Part shown: one piece after another, positions 46,634-56,322 of the stretch | Layout: the number at the start of each line of letters is the position of its first letter | Numbering within the stretch: the stretch's first letter is position 1 | Notes under the pieces: generated by a model | The model's input: the letters and a program-made list of their open reading frames with translations, nothing else | Told to the model about the DNA's origin: nothing | The model's database searches: none | Assembly (NCBI GenBank): GCA_029261065.1 | Contig: JAJDCB010000022.1 | Coordinates: forward strand, 443 to 64,442 | Origin: Candidatus Omnitrophota bacterium | GTDB lineage: Bacteria; Omnitrophota; Gorgyraeia; Zapsychrales; Zapsychraceae | Direction of reading: 5' to 3' | DNA: 64,000 nt | Program-made: the position numbers and the translations under genes

Positions 46634-48754
46634 ATGAATGAAAAAAATCCTTCCTCTCATTTATCCCAAAACAAAAATTTAACAATCGCTCTTGCCGGAA
46701 ATCCCAATTGCGGAAAAACAACGTTATTTAATGCGTTGACGAAATTAAAACAGAAGGTTGGGAATTACCCTGGAGTAACTGTTGAAAAAAAGACAGGGTC
46801 TTTTGATCTTGCTTCTGGCAGAGAAGTAGAAGTTATTGATTTACCTGGTACATACAGTTTATCTGTTCGCACACCCGATGAAGAGGTTGCTCGAGAGGTT
46901 TTGTTAGGAAGAGAGCCTGGAACGGAAAGACCAGATTTGGTTGTATGCATCGTGGATGCGGGAAACTTAGAGCGAAATCTTTATCTCGTTTCACAAATTC
47001 AAGACCTACAGATTCCGATGGTTGTTGCATTAAACATGATGGATGAGGTTGAAAGCCAAGGATGTAAGATTGATGTAGAGAGATTTTCAAAATTGTTAGG
47101 ACTTCCTGTTATCCCGATGGTGGCTAATCAAGGACAGGGAATAGGGGAGCTAAAAAAAGTTTTAGATCAGGGGGTTGAGGTTACTTACGAACGCCATTGG
47201 CGTATGTCCGCCTTAATGGAGGAGGATTTAGAAAGTATTGTTCAACTGCTTATGGAGAAAGGTGATTTAGATCGTTCTCAAGCTTTTTTTGAGGCTGTAT
47301 TTTTAATATCTAGTGCAGCTCAAATTCCAGATGACAATAAGTTGCATGGTGTGGATATGACGTTTTCAAAAGAAGTGAAAGGGGAGTTGAATCAAATTCA
47401 TGCTCGATTAGTTCGACAAGGTGTAAGAGCGCGTTCGGCTGCTATTGAAGCACGATATGAATGGATTAAATCCGTTGTTAAGAAAACAGTTGTTGAACCC
47501 TTAACGCCTTTGATGAATTGGACGCATAAGATTGATTCGGTATTAACGCATAAAGTTTGGGGTTGGTTTGCTTTTCTTGGCATGATGGCTTTTATGTTTT
47601 ACATGATTTTTACTGTAGCGACTTATCCGATGGATTTGATTGATACCACGTTTAGTTCGTTATCTAATTACGTCACACAAATTATGCCACCTGGTGATTT
47701 ACGTGATCTTATTACTGATGGTATTTTAGCTGGTGTGGGTGGCGTTATTATTTTTTTACCACAAATTTTGATCTTATTCTTTTTTATCGGACTTCTTCAA
47801 GATACGGGTTACATGGCACGAGCAGCTTTTATTATGGATAGACTCATGAGTAAGGTGGGGCTTCATGGAAAATCGTTTATACCTCTCTTAAGTTCTTTTG
47901 CATGTGCGATACCTGGTATTATGGCAGCAAGAACAATTGAAAATCCTAAAGATCGTTTGGTGACCATTTTAGTTGCCCCCTTAATGAGTTGTTCGGCACG
48001 ACTTCCTGTTTATACCATTTTGATTGCCGTATTACTTCCTCAAGCTTCAGCATGGGAGAAATCAGGTATTATGCTCATTATGTATTTGTTAGGAATTGTC
48101 GGTGCTTGTTTGATGGGGTGGTTGTTTAAGAAAACATTACTGCGAGGTCAAAAACCTTCTTTTATTATGGAGCTGCCACCCTATCGTTTTCCATCTGTAA
48201 AAGTTATCATATTGCAGATGTGGGAGAGAAGCCGATTATTCGTAAAGCGTGCCGGAACCATTATTCTGACACTTTCAATTGTGTTGTGGGCCTTAATGAG
48301 TTTTCCTAAACATGAAACGCTAGAACCCTCACAAGCTTTAAAACAAAGTTACGCGGGTCAAATGGGAACCGCTTTGGAGCCTATCATTAAACCTCTAGGA
48401 TATGATTGGCGTGTTGGCATTGGATTAATTGGATCTTTCGCAGCACGTGAGGTGTTTGTTAGTACGATGAGCATAGTATTTAATCTAGATGAGGATGCCG
48501 AGGATCTGACATTGCGCGATGCATTTTCAAAGGCTCATTGGCCGGATGGACGAACGCTATTTACGCCATTGGTCTGTGTGAGTTTAATGGTCTTTTATGT
48601 TTTTGCCTTACAATGTGTCAGTACAATTGTCGTGGTTTTTAAAGAAACTGAGAGTTGGCGCTGGACACTTTTTCAGCTTGTTTATATGACGGCCTTAGCC
48701 TACTTCTGTGCTTTCCTTGTGTTTCAAGGCGGGAGAATGTTTGGCTTTAGTTAG
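46634..48754 (+). CDS. feoB: Ferrous iron transporter FeoB
   Basis: GNPNCGKT, VGNYPGVTVE, DLPG, NMMD and CSARLPVY. Confidence 0.97.
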   Translation: MNEKNPSSHLSQNKNLTIALAGNPNCGKTTLFNALTKLKQKVGNYPGVTVEKKTGSFDLASGREVEVIDLPGTYSLSVRTPDEEVAREVLLGREPGTERPDLVVCIVDAGNLERNLYLVSQIQDLQIPMVVALNMMDEVESQGCKIDVERFSKLLGLPVIPMVANQGQGIGELKKVLDQGVEVTYERHWRMSALMEEDLESIVQLLMEKGDLDRSQAFFEAVFLISSAAQIPDDNKLHGVDMTFSKEVKGELNQIHARLVRQGVRARSAAIEARYEWIKSVVKKTVVEPLTPLMNWTHKIDSVLTHKVWGWFAFLGMMAFMFYMIFTVATYPMDLIDTTFSSLSNYVTQIMPPGDLRDLITDGILAGVGGVIIFLPQILILFFFIGLLQDTGYMARAAFIMDRLMSKVGLHGKSFIPLLSSFACAIPGIMAARTIENPKDRLVTILVAPLMSCSARLPVYTILIAVLLPQASAWEKSGIMLIMYLLGIVGACLMGWLFKKTLLRGQKPSFIMELPPYRFPSVKVIILQMWERSRLFVKRAGTIILTLSIVLWALMSFPKHETLEPSQALKQSYAGQMGTALEPIIKPLGYDWRVGIGLIGSFAAREVFVSTMSIVFNLDEDAEDLTLRDAFSKAHWPDGRTLFTPLVCVSLMVFYVFALQCVSTIVVVFKETESWRWTLFQLVYMTALAYFCAFLVFQGGRMFGFS

Positions 48755-48759
48755 AATTT

Positions 48760-49047
48760 ATGGACTTTGAATCGTATCAAAATTCGCTTAATAACCACAC
48801 TCCTCCAGAAGGTTTATCAACACTTCTTGAAGCTTTATGGTGGGATGCTAAAGGTAATTGGGAAAAGGCCCATCAATTAGCACAAGGTGTCAATAACACC
48901 GACGGTGCGTGGGTTCACGCTTATTTACATCGTAAAGAAGGCAATGATGGTAACGCGGGCTATTGGTACAGTCGATCCGGAAAATCTCACCCTCAGAAAT
49001 CTCTCGACGATGAATGGCTAGAAATTGTCGAATTTTTCCTCGATTAA
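48760..49047 (+). CDS. Conserved hypothetical protein
   Basis: WEKAH..AQ and WVHAYLHRKEG...NAGYWY motif. Confidence 0.8.
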   Translation: MDFESYQNSLNNHTPPEGLSTLLEALWWDAKGNWEKAHQLAQGVNNTDGAWVHAYLHRKEGNDGNAGYWYSRSGKSHPQKSLDDEWLEIVEFFLD

Positions 49048-49262
49048 TAACGTTATTTTTCTCAAGAAAACGCTTTCCTTAAACCCCTCTCGACGGGTTT
49101 TTTATTAAATAATATATGTCATACTATACATAGGGAGCCAGAACTTGGTTTAGTTTTCTTACCGGCTCATGTCTTTGAATTATATAAAGCTCGTTGTTTT
49201 GAACCGCAATGAATATCTCCTTGTTTTATAGAGGAGAAATCTTTTAAAGGTGGTGATAGCAA

Positions 49263-50282
49263 ATGAAGCGATTTGTTATTTACGTATGTGGTCTTCTGTT
49301 AGTTCCTACATTTTGTCTAGCCGAAGTTGTTTCTTCTCAAGACGGCCCTTCTCAGGGTATCAATTTACAAGAAGAAAATATCCAAATTTCTTATGGTGGT
49401 ACAACATTGAATTTTCTTAATGAAAATATCGTCTCTGTTGAGCTTGATGATGTTAAAGAGGAGAAGAAGTTTGTTATCCCTTTTTTACTTGGAGAGGCCG
49501 AAGCGGCACCAGAATCAACAAGCCATGTTATTCAGTCGTTTTTGGAATCTCAAAATACGATTCAAAATGCTTGGGCGTTAGATCAATTAAAGCAATATGT
49601 GTCGAAAGATTATTATCAATCTTTAAGTCAAAGAATCGATAATGGAGCAAACGAAAAGGTCGTTTTGTTGATGATGCAAAATTTACGACCTGATTTCGCG
49701 GAGGTTAGGGATGTTCGTATAAATGAAGGACAAGCTAAGCTGATTGCCGTTGGTGATTCTTCTTATGGGGAACTTTACGGTGTTATTGATTTAGTAAGGG
49801 AAGATACTCAATGGAAAATTAGCCGTGAAGCTTGGATGGCAGGGGATAAAGCACACATTCAAGAAAAAGCCCACATCGTTAGAGCTATTAATCCTGTGAA
49901 ATTGGAATCTATGAAAGAGCGTATCGATATCTCGACTTTTAACATGCAAATGCCTGCCTATAAATATAATACGAGTTTGTTGCCTTTAAAGCGTGTGCAT
50001 TCGTATGTGAAAAAGGAAGCTTTTATGTTTGTTTTTTTTAAAGAGCGAGGACAATCAATTGAAAAAAAGCTAAATGAAGAAGATTCGACAAGAAAACAGA
50101 TGCATGTCTTATGGACAGGACCAAAAGAGGTGTTGCCTGATCAAAAGTTGTATAAAGATCGGTATCCCATGGATATTTCTATTGCCAATCAAAAAGATGG
50201 CTATTCGCCTGGGATGTTAAATGTGCGTCTTCCTAAGAAAAAACCGAGAGAGGTTTGGGGTGCGTTTTTATACAATTTTTAG
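49263..50282 (+). CDS. Hypothetical exported protein
   Basis: Signal peptide; GGTGGTG RBS. Confidence 0.7.
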   Translation: MKRFVIYVCGLLLVPTFCLAEVVSSQDGPSQGINLQEENIQISYGGTTLNFLNENIVSVELDDVKEEKKFVIPFLLGEAEAAPESTSHVIQSFLESQNTIQNAWALDQLKQYVSKDYYQSLSQRIDNGANEKVVLLMMQNLRPDFAEVRDVRINEGQAKLIAVGDSSYGELYGVIDLVREDTQWKISREAWMAGDKAHIQEKAHIVRAINPVKLESMKERIDISTFNMQMPAYKYNTSLLPLKRVHSYVKKEAFMFVFFKERGQSIEKKLNEEDSTRKQMHVLWTGPKEVLPDQKLYKDRYPMDISIANQKDGYSPGMLNVRLPKKKPREVWGAFLYNF

Positions 50283-50335
50283 ATAATTTTGACTAGATAT
50301 TGCATCAGATGTATTTTGTTTGTATAATTTAAGAG

Positions 50336-50626
50336 ATGAAACGACAAGGCGACTTACTTATTATTGCAGTTGAAGATATTCCGGCTAAAGCCAAGAAGTT
50401 AGATCATTTAATTTTGGCTGAAGGCGAGAAAACGGGCCATTTACATCAGTTAGATCATGGTGCAGTTTATGAAAAAGATGAGTATCTCTATTTCCAAGTT
50501 CCTTCCCTTAGTGAGGTCACCTTAACACATCCCGAACATGGTGCTGTTGTTTTTACACCAGGCCGCTATAAAGTTATTCGTCAACGTGAGTATGCGCCGG
50601 AAGGTTGGCGGTATGTACAAGACTAA
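50336..50626 (+). CDS. Conserved His-motif protein (RQGD/GExTGHxH/HxEH/RQREY family)
   Basis: RQGDL, LAEGEKTGHLH, LTHPEH and RQREY motifs. Confidence 0.8.
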   Translation: MKRQGDLLIIAVEDIPAKAKKLDHLILAEGEKTGHLHQLDHGAVYEKDEYLYFQVPSLSEVTLTHPEHGAVVFTPGRYKVIRQREYAPEGWRYVQD

Positions 50627-51482
50627 ATATATTTATACGCTTTTGCAAGAATCTAAACGCAAAGGCTTATTGCATTCTTACAAGAATGAAACCAATGCTT
50701 CATTAATCATTAATGAAGCATTTTTTAATGATGGGTCCAGGCGTTTTCAATATTCATTGTTAAACGGTAAATTGCATGGTGTTGGTCGTTTGTGGCATGA
50801 AAATGGTCAGCTTCTTGAAGAGGAGCCTTGGTATAAAGGGATTTATCATGGGCGATATAGAAAATGGTATGACAGTGGTCGTCTTTGTGAGGAGGCATTT
50901 TTTGTTAATAACGAATATAATCAAAGACACCGTTTTTGGTATGCAAATGGTAATCTAAAATCGGAATGTTTGTATGAATCGAATAAAATAAATGGTCTAT
51001 TTATGGAATGGTTTGAAAATGGCATGCCAAAATCGAGTGTGACGTATGTCAATGGTTTGAGGCACGGGATTGAAAAGGAATATGACGTTCAAGGTAAACT
51101 CATTTCAAGAAAATTGTATATACGGGGTGTTATGTTAACGGGAAAGACGGCGTTACTTATTAAGAAAAATCAGTTAACAGCGAAAAAGATCATGACGATG
51201 AAAAATGCGGCTGTTAGAAGGATTTGTTTAGAAGAAATGGGTTATGAACGGTTTTTAATGAATGTTGATCATAGTGTTATTGATCATAACGAAAAAGGTG
51301 ATCTTATTAAAATATGTTGGCACAAGAATGAAGAACCTCTTATGGTTGTGAAAGTACGATGCCCATCAACAGGAGCTTTCTACACTCTTCGCGTTCCCCC
51401 TCATATGCGCACAGCGCCAGAAGCGATTGCATGGACATTCGGCCTGCAAGAGCAAGATTATCAGCCTATTGAAGAAACTTAA
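50613..51482 (+). CDS. MORN-variant (YwqK-like) repeat protein with C-terminal DUF6745-like domain
   Basis: Repeats W(H/Y/F)xNG and HG; C-terminal NAAVRR..LEEMG.ERF and VRCPSTG..YTLRVPP...A.EAIAWTFG. Start uncertain (50538/50592/50613). Confidence 0.75.
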   Translation: MYKTKYIYTLLQESKRKGLLHSYKNETNASLIINEAFFNDGSRRFQYSLLNGKLHGVGRLWHENGQLLEEEPWYKGIYHGRYRKWYDSGRLCEEAFFVNNEYNQRHRFWYANGNLKSECLYESNKINGLFMEWFENGMPKSSVTYVNGLRHGIEKEYDVQGKLISRKLYIRGVMLTGKTALLIKKNQLTAKKIMTMKNAAVRRICLEEMGYERFLMNVDHSVIDHNEKGDLIKICWHKNEEPLMVVKVRCPSTGAFYTLRVPPHMRTAPEAIAWTFGLQEQDYQPIEET

Positions 51483-51493
51483 TCTAGGGAATT

Positions 51494-51590
51494 CCAACAG
51501 GACATAGGTAGTCGCGGTATTTCGAGCTCAAACAACTTCGCTTGCGCTCGTAACTCGCGCGAAATACCACGGTTGCCTATGTTCTGTTGG
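51494..51590 (+). repeat. 97-nt long hairpin (MITE/REP-like or RNA element)
   Basis: 31-bp stem (51494-51524 with 51560-51590) with four G-U pairs and one mismatch. Confidence 0.75.
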
Positions 51591-51693
51591 TTGCAAGATT
51601 GGTAAACTTTTAATACCTTGACGCTATGTAAAGTTAATGTTAAAAATACGTACTTATCTTAGACGATATTTTAAATTTAGAGAGGACTTTTCA

Positions 51694-52521
51694 GTGAATA
51701 AAATAATTATGGCTATATGTTTGTGTTTTTTGACAGGTTGCAGCGCAACGGTCCAAAATCGTGATGATATTTTCAAGCAATCTCAAAAAATAAAGCAAGC
51801 CAATGCTATCAAAGAGGAAGTCGTTGATCTAAAGAAACCATTGTTGCTCTTGCCGGAGTCTGAAGAACTAGTCTATAAAGCCAAATATCTAGGCATTACT
51901 GTCGGAGAGATGCGGACGAAGATTGTTGGAAAGACACAATTACGCGGTGTGGAGGTTACGCATTTTGAGATGACAGCCACTACAAATGCCTTTTTCTCCA
52001 AATTTTTTAAAGTCAACGATCGTTTTGTTGCGTATATGGATGTTAAGAATCATCGTGTTCTAAGGCATGAAGAATATAGGCACGAAGGTGGCTATAACAA
52101 AGAGGCGGTAGTTGATTTTTATTATGATGAAGGGATTGCGCATTTTAGAAATGCTGTTGATAATACAGAAAAGAAAGTCAAAATTCCTAAAGAAGGTGTA
52201 TTTGATATTTTAGGCGCGAATTATTATTTTCGTATGGTGCCGTGGGAATTAGGCGACACGGTTGAGTTTAAGCTTTATGTGGAGGAGAAGATTTATGGTT
52301 TTGTAGGATTAGTGAAATCAAAGACAAAGGTGCATGTTCATAAGCAAGGCAGAAAGGAAGCTTATAAATTTCTCCCGTACGCTTTCTTAAATGGAGATGA
52401 AGTTAAGGATGGATCAGCGATAGCTTTTTTCTCAACGGAAGAATATCGAATCCCGCTACGTGGTATGGTTAAAACACCAATATTTGGAAGCGCCTCTATA
52501 TCGCTGCACGAGACAAAGTAA
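51694..52521 (+). CDS. DUF3108-like lipoprotein
   Basis: Lipobox LTGC; EELVY...YLGI.VG, FFKVND and RIPL; GTG start behind GAGGA. Confidence 0.7.
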   Translation: MNKIIMAICLCFLTGCSATVQNRDDIFKQSQKIKQANAIKEEVVDLKKPLLLLPESEELVYKAKYLGITVGEMRTKIVGKTQLRGVEVTHFEMTATTNAFFSKFFKVNDRFVAYMDVKNHRVLRHEEYRHEGGYNKEAVVDFYYDEGIAHFRNAVDNTEKKVKIPKEGVFDILGANYYFRMVPWELGDTVEFKLYVEEKIYGFVGLVKSKTKVHVHKQGRKEAYKFLPYAFLNGDEVKDGSAIAFFSTEEYRIPLRGMVKTPIFGSASISLHETK

Positions 52522-52526
52522 ATAAA

Positions 52527-53312
52527 ATGAAAAACAACGTTCCTAAAAGCACAGTATTTATTCAAGACGTCCAAAAGCTTCGTCGTAGGGAGCATCGATT
52601 GAGAATGGGATTAACGATTGTTGAAGGTTATCCTGAGTTACGAAAAGCTATGGATGCTGGTGTGCGGATCGAAACACTTTATATATGTAAGAAACTTTTT
52701 ACACCGAAGCCTAACGAGTTTGATAATGAAAATATTATCTATGTGACTGTTGATGAGTTTGATCAAATGGCATTTGGTGATCGTTTAAAGGGAATATTAG
52801 CTTTATGCGCTCCCAAGCAAAATACATTCGTTGATTTAAAATTTAAAAAAAATCCTTTTTTTGTCGTGTTAGAAGGCGTTGAAAAGCCAGGAAATCTTGG
52901 AGCTGTTGTTCGTACCTGTGATGGCGCCGGTGTCGATGGTGTTATTATGTGTGAGGGGCGGACAGATGTTTATAATCATAATGTCGTTCGATCCAGTTTA
53001 GGGACCATTTTTGTGGTGCCGACTTTGGCTGCAACTAAAGAAGAAACCTTTGCCTTTTTTAGAAAGCATAACGTGCGGATTTATGCGACAACATCAAAGG
53101 CGACCACGTATTATTCAAATTGTGATTTTAATCATCCTAGTGCCATTGTTGTTGGTAGCGAGCATGAAGGGTTGTCCTCTTTTTGGTTGGAGAACTCTGA
53201 TGACGTTGTAAAAATTCCGATGGCAGGTCAATCGAGTAGCTTAAATGTGGGGATAAGTGCTTCAATTCTCATTTATGAGGCTATGCGTCAAAGGCAATTC
53301 AAAAAATCGTAA
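52527..53312 (+). CDS. TrmH/SpoU-family RNA methyltransferase
   Basis: EKPGNLGAVVRT, VGSEHEGL, IPM.G.SSLNV. Confidence 0.93.
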   Translation: MKNNVPKSTVFIQDVQKLRRREHRLRMGLTIVEGYPELRKAMDAGVRIETLYICKKLFTPKPNEFDNENIIYVTVDEFDQMAFGDRLKGILALCAPKQNTFVDLKFKKNPFFVVLEGVEKPGNLGAVVRTCDGAGVDGVIMCEGRTDVYNHNVVRSSLGTIFVVPTLAATKEETFAFFRKHNVRIYATTSKATTYYSNCDFNHPSAIVVGSEHEGLSSFWLENSDDVVKIPMAGQSSSLNVGISASILIYEAMRQRQFKKS

Positions 53313-53542
53313 GTAGCTCTCTTGTGAAACATTTTTTGGTAATTCTGTTAGTTTTATCCTTTTCAAATACTTCCGTAATATAGAATTATAAACATATGCA
53401 GTTAATATAGTTATGAGCGATAACTATTTTGAAAGGGTTCCAGATAGCAAAATTTTACTGGTTTTTTTAAGGATTTTCCATATAATAGACTCTCCTTTAT
53501 ATGCGGCTTACAATTTTTTAACGTTAAGGAGGCAAATCAGTT

Positions 53543-53731
53543 ATGGCGGAATTCTGGGAACAACAATTGATGGATAGGCTTCTAAATCTGGCATTTGAAT
53601 ATCGTGTCAGCGAAAAAGAAATTATGCCTGCCAAACAAGTCAATGAAGTGATGGATTTTGTGAAGTTTCTCTTAAAGGAACAAGAACAAATAACCATCGA
53701 GAAGATAAAATCGTCAAAAATTAGTATTTAA
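53543..53731 (+). CDS. Small hypothetical protein
   Basis: AAGGAGG RBS; 62 aa. Confidence 0.55.
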   Translation: MAEFWEQQLMDRLLNLAFEYRVSEKEIMPAKQVNEVMDFVKFLLKEQEQITIEKIKSSKISI

Positions 53732-53775
53732 CGACCTGCAATAATATTTCAAAAGAATACTTGAGGAGTTTTTTT

Positions 53776-54000
53776 ATGAAAATTACTGTCAATGGCAAAG
53801 AAGAGACTATAGAGGGCGCAACTCTTTCTGTGAAGGGTCTTCTCAGTGCTTTAAATGTGTCCCAGCCGGATATGGTGTCTGTGCAACTTAACGGGGCCTT
53901 TGTAAACAAAGAAAATTATGAAACAACAACTGTCAAAGAGGCGGATACGGTTGATTTTCTTTATTTTATGGGTGGGGGAGCTCATATCTTTTCATTATGA
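53776..54000 (+). CDS. ThiS-like sulfur carrier with masked GG C-terminus (HcyS-like)
   Basis: MKITVNG, VQLNG and FLYFMGGG-AHIFSL*. Confidence 0.9.
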   Translation: MKITVNGKEETIEGATLSVKGLLSALNVSQPDMVSVQLNGAFVNKENYETTTVKEADTVDFLYFMGGGAHIFSL

Positions 54001-55235
54001 AAGATCCAGATTTTATAACTAAAATTTTACATAATCGTTTTTTAAAAAGCGATCCACATGGTTCAATGCATATGCCTGTGTATGAAAACGTGGCGTTTGA
54101 ATTTGAGAGTGCGGAAGATATCGAATTAGCCTTTCAACGTAAGAAGCCGGCACATATGTACTCGAGAATCAGCAACCCAACGGTAGAAGCCTTTGAACAA
54201 CGTATCAGGGCTGTCACCGATGCTTCGGGTGTTATTGCTGTTTCCTCCGGAATGGCTGCCATTACAAATGTAATCATGACGATTGCAGGTCAAGGCGATA
54301 ACATTATTACAACCAAACATCTTTTTGGAAATACGTATTCTTTATTTGAGAAGACCTTTAAAGATTGGGGTTTGGAAGTTCGATTTGCGGATTTAACACA
54401 AGCGGAATCTCTAAGCCAACTCATTGATGGGAAAACCAAAGCTATCTTTTTTGAAACCATTACCAATCCACAATTAGAAATTGTTGATATCAAGGCTTTA
54501 TCGGAGGTTGCGAAGAAAAATAATGTGTTATTGTTAGCAGACACAACATTAACTCCTCCGTATGTCTTTGAATCAAAGAAATTTGGTGTTGATGTCGAGG
54601 TTCTTTCAAGTACAAAATATATTTCCGGTGGTGCTACAACTGTTGGCGGTCTTATTATTGATAATGGTTTCTTTGATTGGAGCAAAAATGAGAAGTTAGC
54701 CGATGATGCCAAACAATTTGGTCCTTTTGCTTTTATTAGTCGACTCAGACGACAAGTTTATCGTAATTTAGGTTCATGCATGTCAGCGCATTGTGCTTTT
54801 TTACAAAGTGTTGGTTTAGAGACTCTTCCTTTGAGGGTTGATGTTTCTTGTGCGAATGCATTAACTGTTGCAAATTATTTAGAAGAAAATCCTTTAGTTA
54901 AGAAGGTCGATTATCCTGGATTACAAAGTTCACCTTATCATGATATTGCTGAGCAACAATTTGGAGATAGGTCTGGGGGACTTTTAACGTTTGATTTAGA
55001 ATCGAAGGACGTTTGTTTTAAGTTTATGAATAAACTAAAACTTATCAGACGTTCTACTAATCTAAATGATAATCGAACACTTATTCTGCATCCGGCGTCG
55101 ACCATTTTTTGTGAATATGATGATGCGCTTAAAGAAGAGATGCATGTTAGAGAAACAATGATAAGGCTGTCTGTTGGTATTGAGGGTGTGCATGATTTGA
55201 TGAATGATATCGAACAAGCGTTAGCGGTCGGATAA
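53997..55235 (+). CDS. metY: O-acetylhomoserine sulfhydrylase (MetY-like PLP enzyme)
   Basis: YSRISNPT, SSGMAA, ETITNP, SSTKYISG and IRLSVGIE. Confidence 0.85.
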   Translation: MKDPDFITKILHNRFLKSDPHGSMHMPVYENVAFEFESAEDIELAFQRKKPAHMYSRISNPTVEAFEQRIRAVTDASGVIAVSSGMAAITNVIMTIAGQGDNIITTKHLFGNTYSLFEKTFKDWGLEVRFADLTQAESLSQLIDGKTKAIFFETITNPQLEIVDIKALSEVAKKNNVLLLADTTLTPPYVFESKKFGVDVEVLSSTKYISGGATTVGGLIIDNGFFDWSKNEKLADDAKQFGPFAFISRLRRQVYRNLGSCMSAHCAFLQSVGLETLPLRVDVSCANALTVANYLEENPLVKKVDYPGLQSSPYHDIAEQQFGDRSGGLLTFDLESKDVCFKFMNKLKLIRRSTNLNDNRTLILHPASTIFCEYDDALKEEMHVRETMIRLSVGIEGVHDLMNDIEQALAVG

Positions 55236-55251
55236 TTTTTAAATAGCATGA

Positions 55252-55456
55252 AAGATACAAGTAACAAGATACAAGACACAAAAAATAATCAATGACCAAA
55301 AAGAAAATAACCAAAGAGTTTGATTATTCAGTCATTGGATATTGATTATTTTTTGCCAAAGCGTCAAGAGACGCTGGTTCGGCCGTAGGCCGAATAACTT
55401 GCCCCGCCTTTGGCGGGGTCCCGCTAACAGCGGGATACCTTGTACCTTGGTTATTT
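55252..55456. repeat. Heptamer-repeat inverted element 1 with inserted GC-rich mini-palindromes
   Basis: Left arm (AAGNNAC)x4. Right arm TTG|TAACTTG|TACCTTGTACCTTG, interrupted at 55356-55394 and 55402-55435. Confidence 0.8.
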
Positions 55457-55498
55457 TATAGAATTCTGACAATATCTACTTTCGGTTGAGGAGACAAT

Positions 55499-56305
55499 AT
55501 GGATTTTAATGAAGAACAATTAGAGCGTTATAGCCGTCATATCATTTTGCAAGATGTGAGTATTGAAGGTCAGCAGAAGATTATGGAAGGTAAGGTGCTT
55601 ATTATAGGAATGGGAGGCTTAGGTGCGCCTGTTGCTCTTTATTTAGCCGCCGCTGGTGTTGGGACGCTTGGGCTCGTTGATGGTGATGTTGTTGATTTAA
55701 GTAATTTGCAACGACAAGTCATTCATTTTACGCCTGATGTTGGAAAGCCAAAGGTTCTTTCTGCTAAAGAGAAGATTGCTCAAATTAATCCGGATGTTAA
55801 GGTTGTTACGCATCAAGAGTTAGCTTTGGCTAACAATATTGCTGATTTAATTAAGGACTATGATTTCATTATTGATGGAACGGATAACTTTCCTGCCAAG
55901 TTTTTAGTGAACGATGCTTGCGTGTTTGGCAAAAAGCCATTTTCACATGGGGGTATTTTAAGATTTGATGGACAAACCATGACGCATGTTCCAGGGGAAG
56001 CCTGTTATCGATGTGTTTTTGGTTTTGCGCCACCCTTAAATGCTGTTCCGTCATGTTCACAAGCAGGTGTTCTTGGAGCGATTGCCGGAATGCTTGGAAC
56101 GATTCAAGCAACCGAAGCGCTTAAGTTTTTAGTCGGTAAAGGAGAGTTGTTAACCAATCGGTTGTTAGTTTTTAATGCGTTAAACATGAATTTTAGAACA
56201 GTGAATTTGAAAAAAAATGCGAACTGCCCTGTGTGTGGAGACAATCCTTCGATTACGGAGTTGAGGGATGAGGAGCAGAAGGCTTGTGATATTACGCAGA
56301 GGTAA
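55499..56305 (+). CDS. ThiF/MoeB-family adenylyltransferase (HcyF-like)
   Basis: RYSRH, GMGGLG, SNLQRQ, GTDNF, CYRC and CPVC. Confidence 0.93.
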   Translation: MDFNEEQLERYSRHIILQDVSIEGQQKIMEGKVLIIGMGGLGAPVALYLAAAGVGTLGLVDGDVVDLSNLQRQVIHFTPDVGKPKVLSAKEKIAQINPDVKVVTHQELALANNIADLIKDYDFIIDGTDNFPAKFLVNDACVFGKKPFSHGGILRFDGQTMTHVPGEACYRCVFGFAPPLNAVPSCSQAGVLGAIAGMLGTIQATEALKFLVGKGELLTNRLLVFNALNMNFRTVNLKKNANCPVCGDNPSITELRDEEQKACDITQR

Positions 56306-56322
56306 AGTAGGTAAAGGGAAGC

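Noticed and set aside
49131-49262. Possible riboswitch in the leader of 49263
   Set aside because: Short helices are present, but no aptamer consensus that I recognise.
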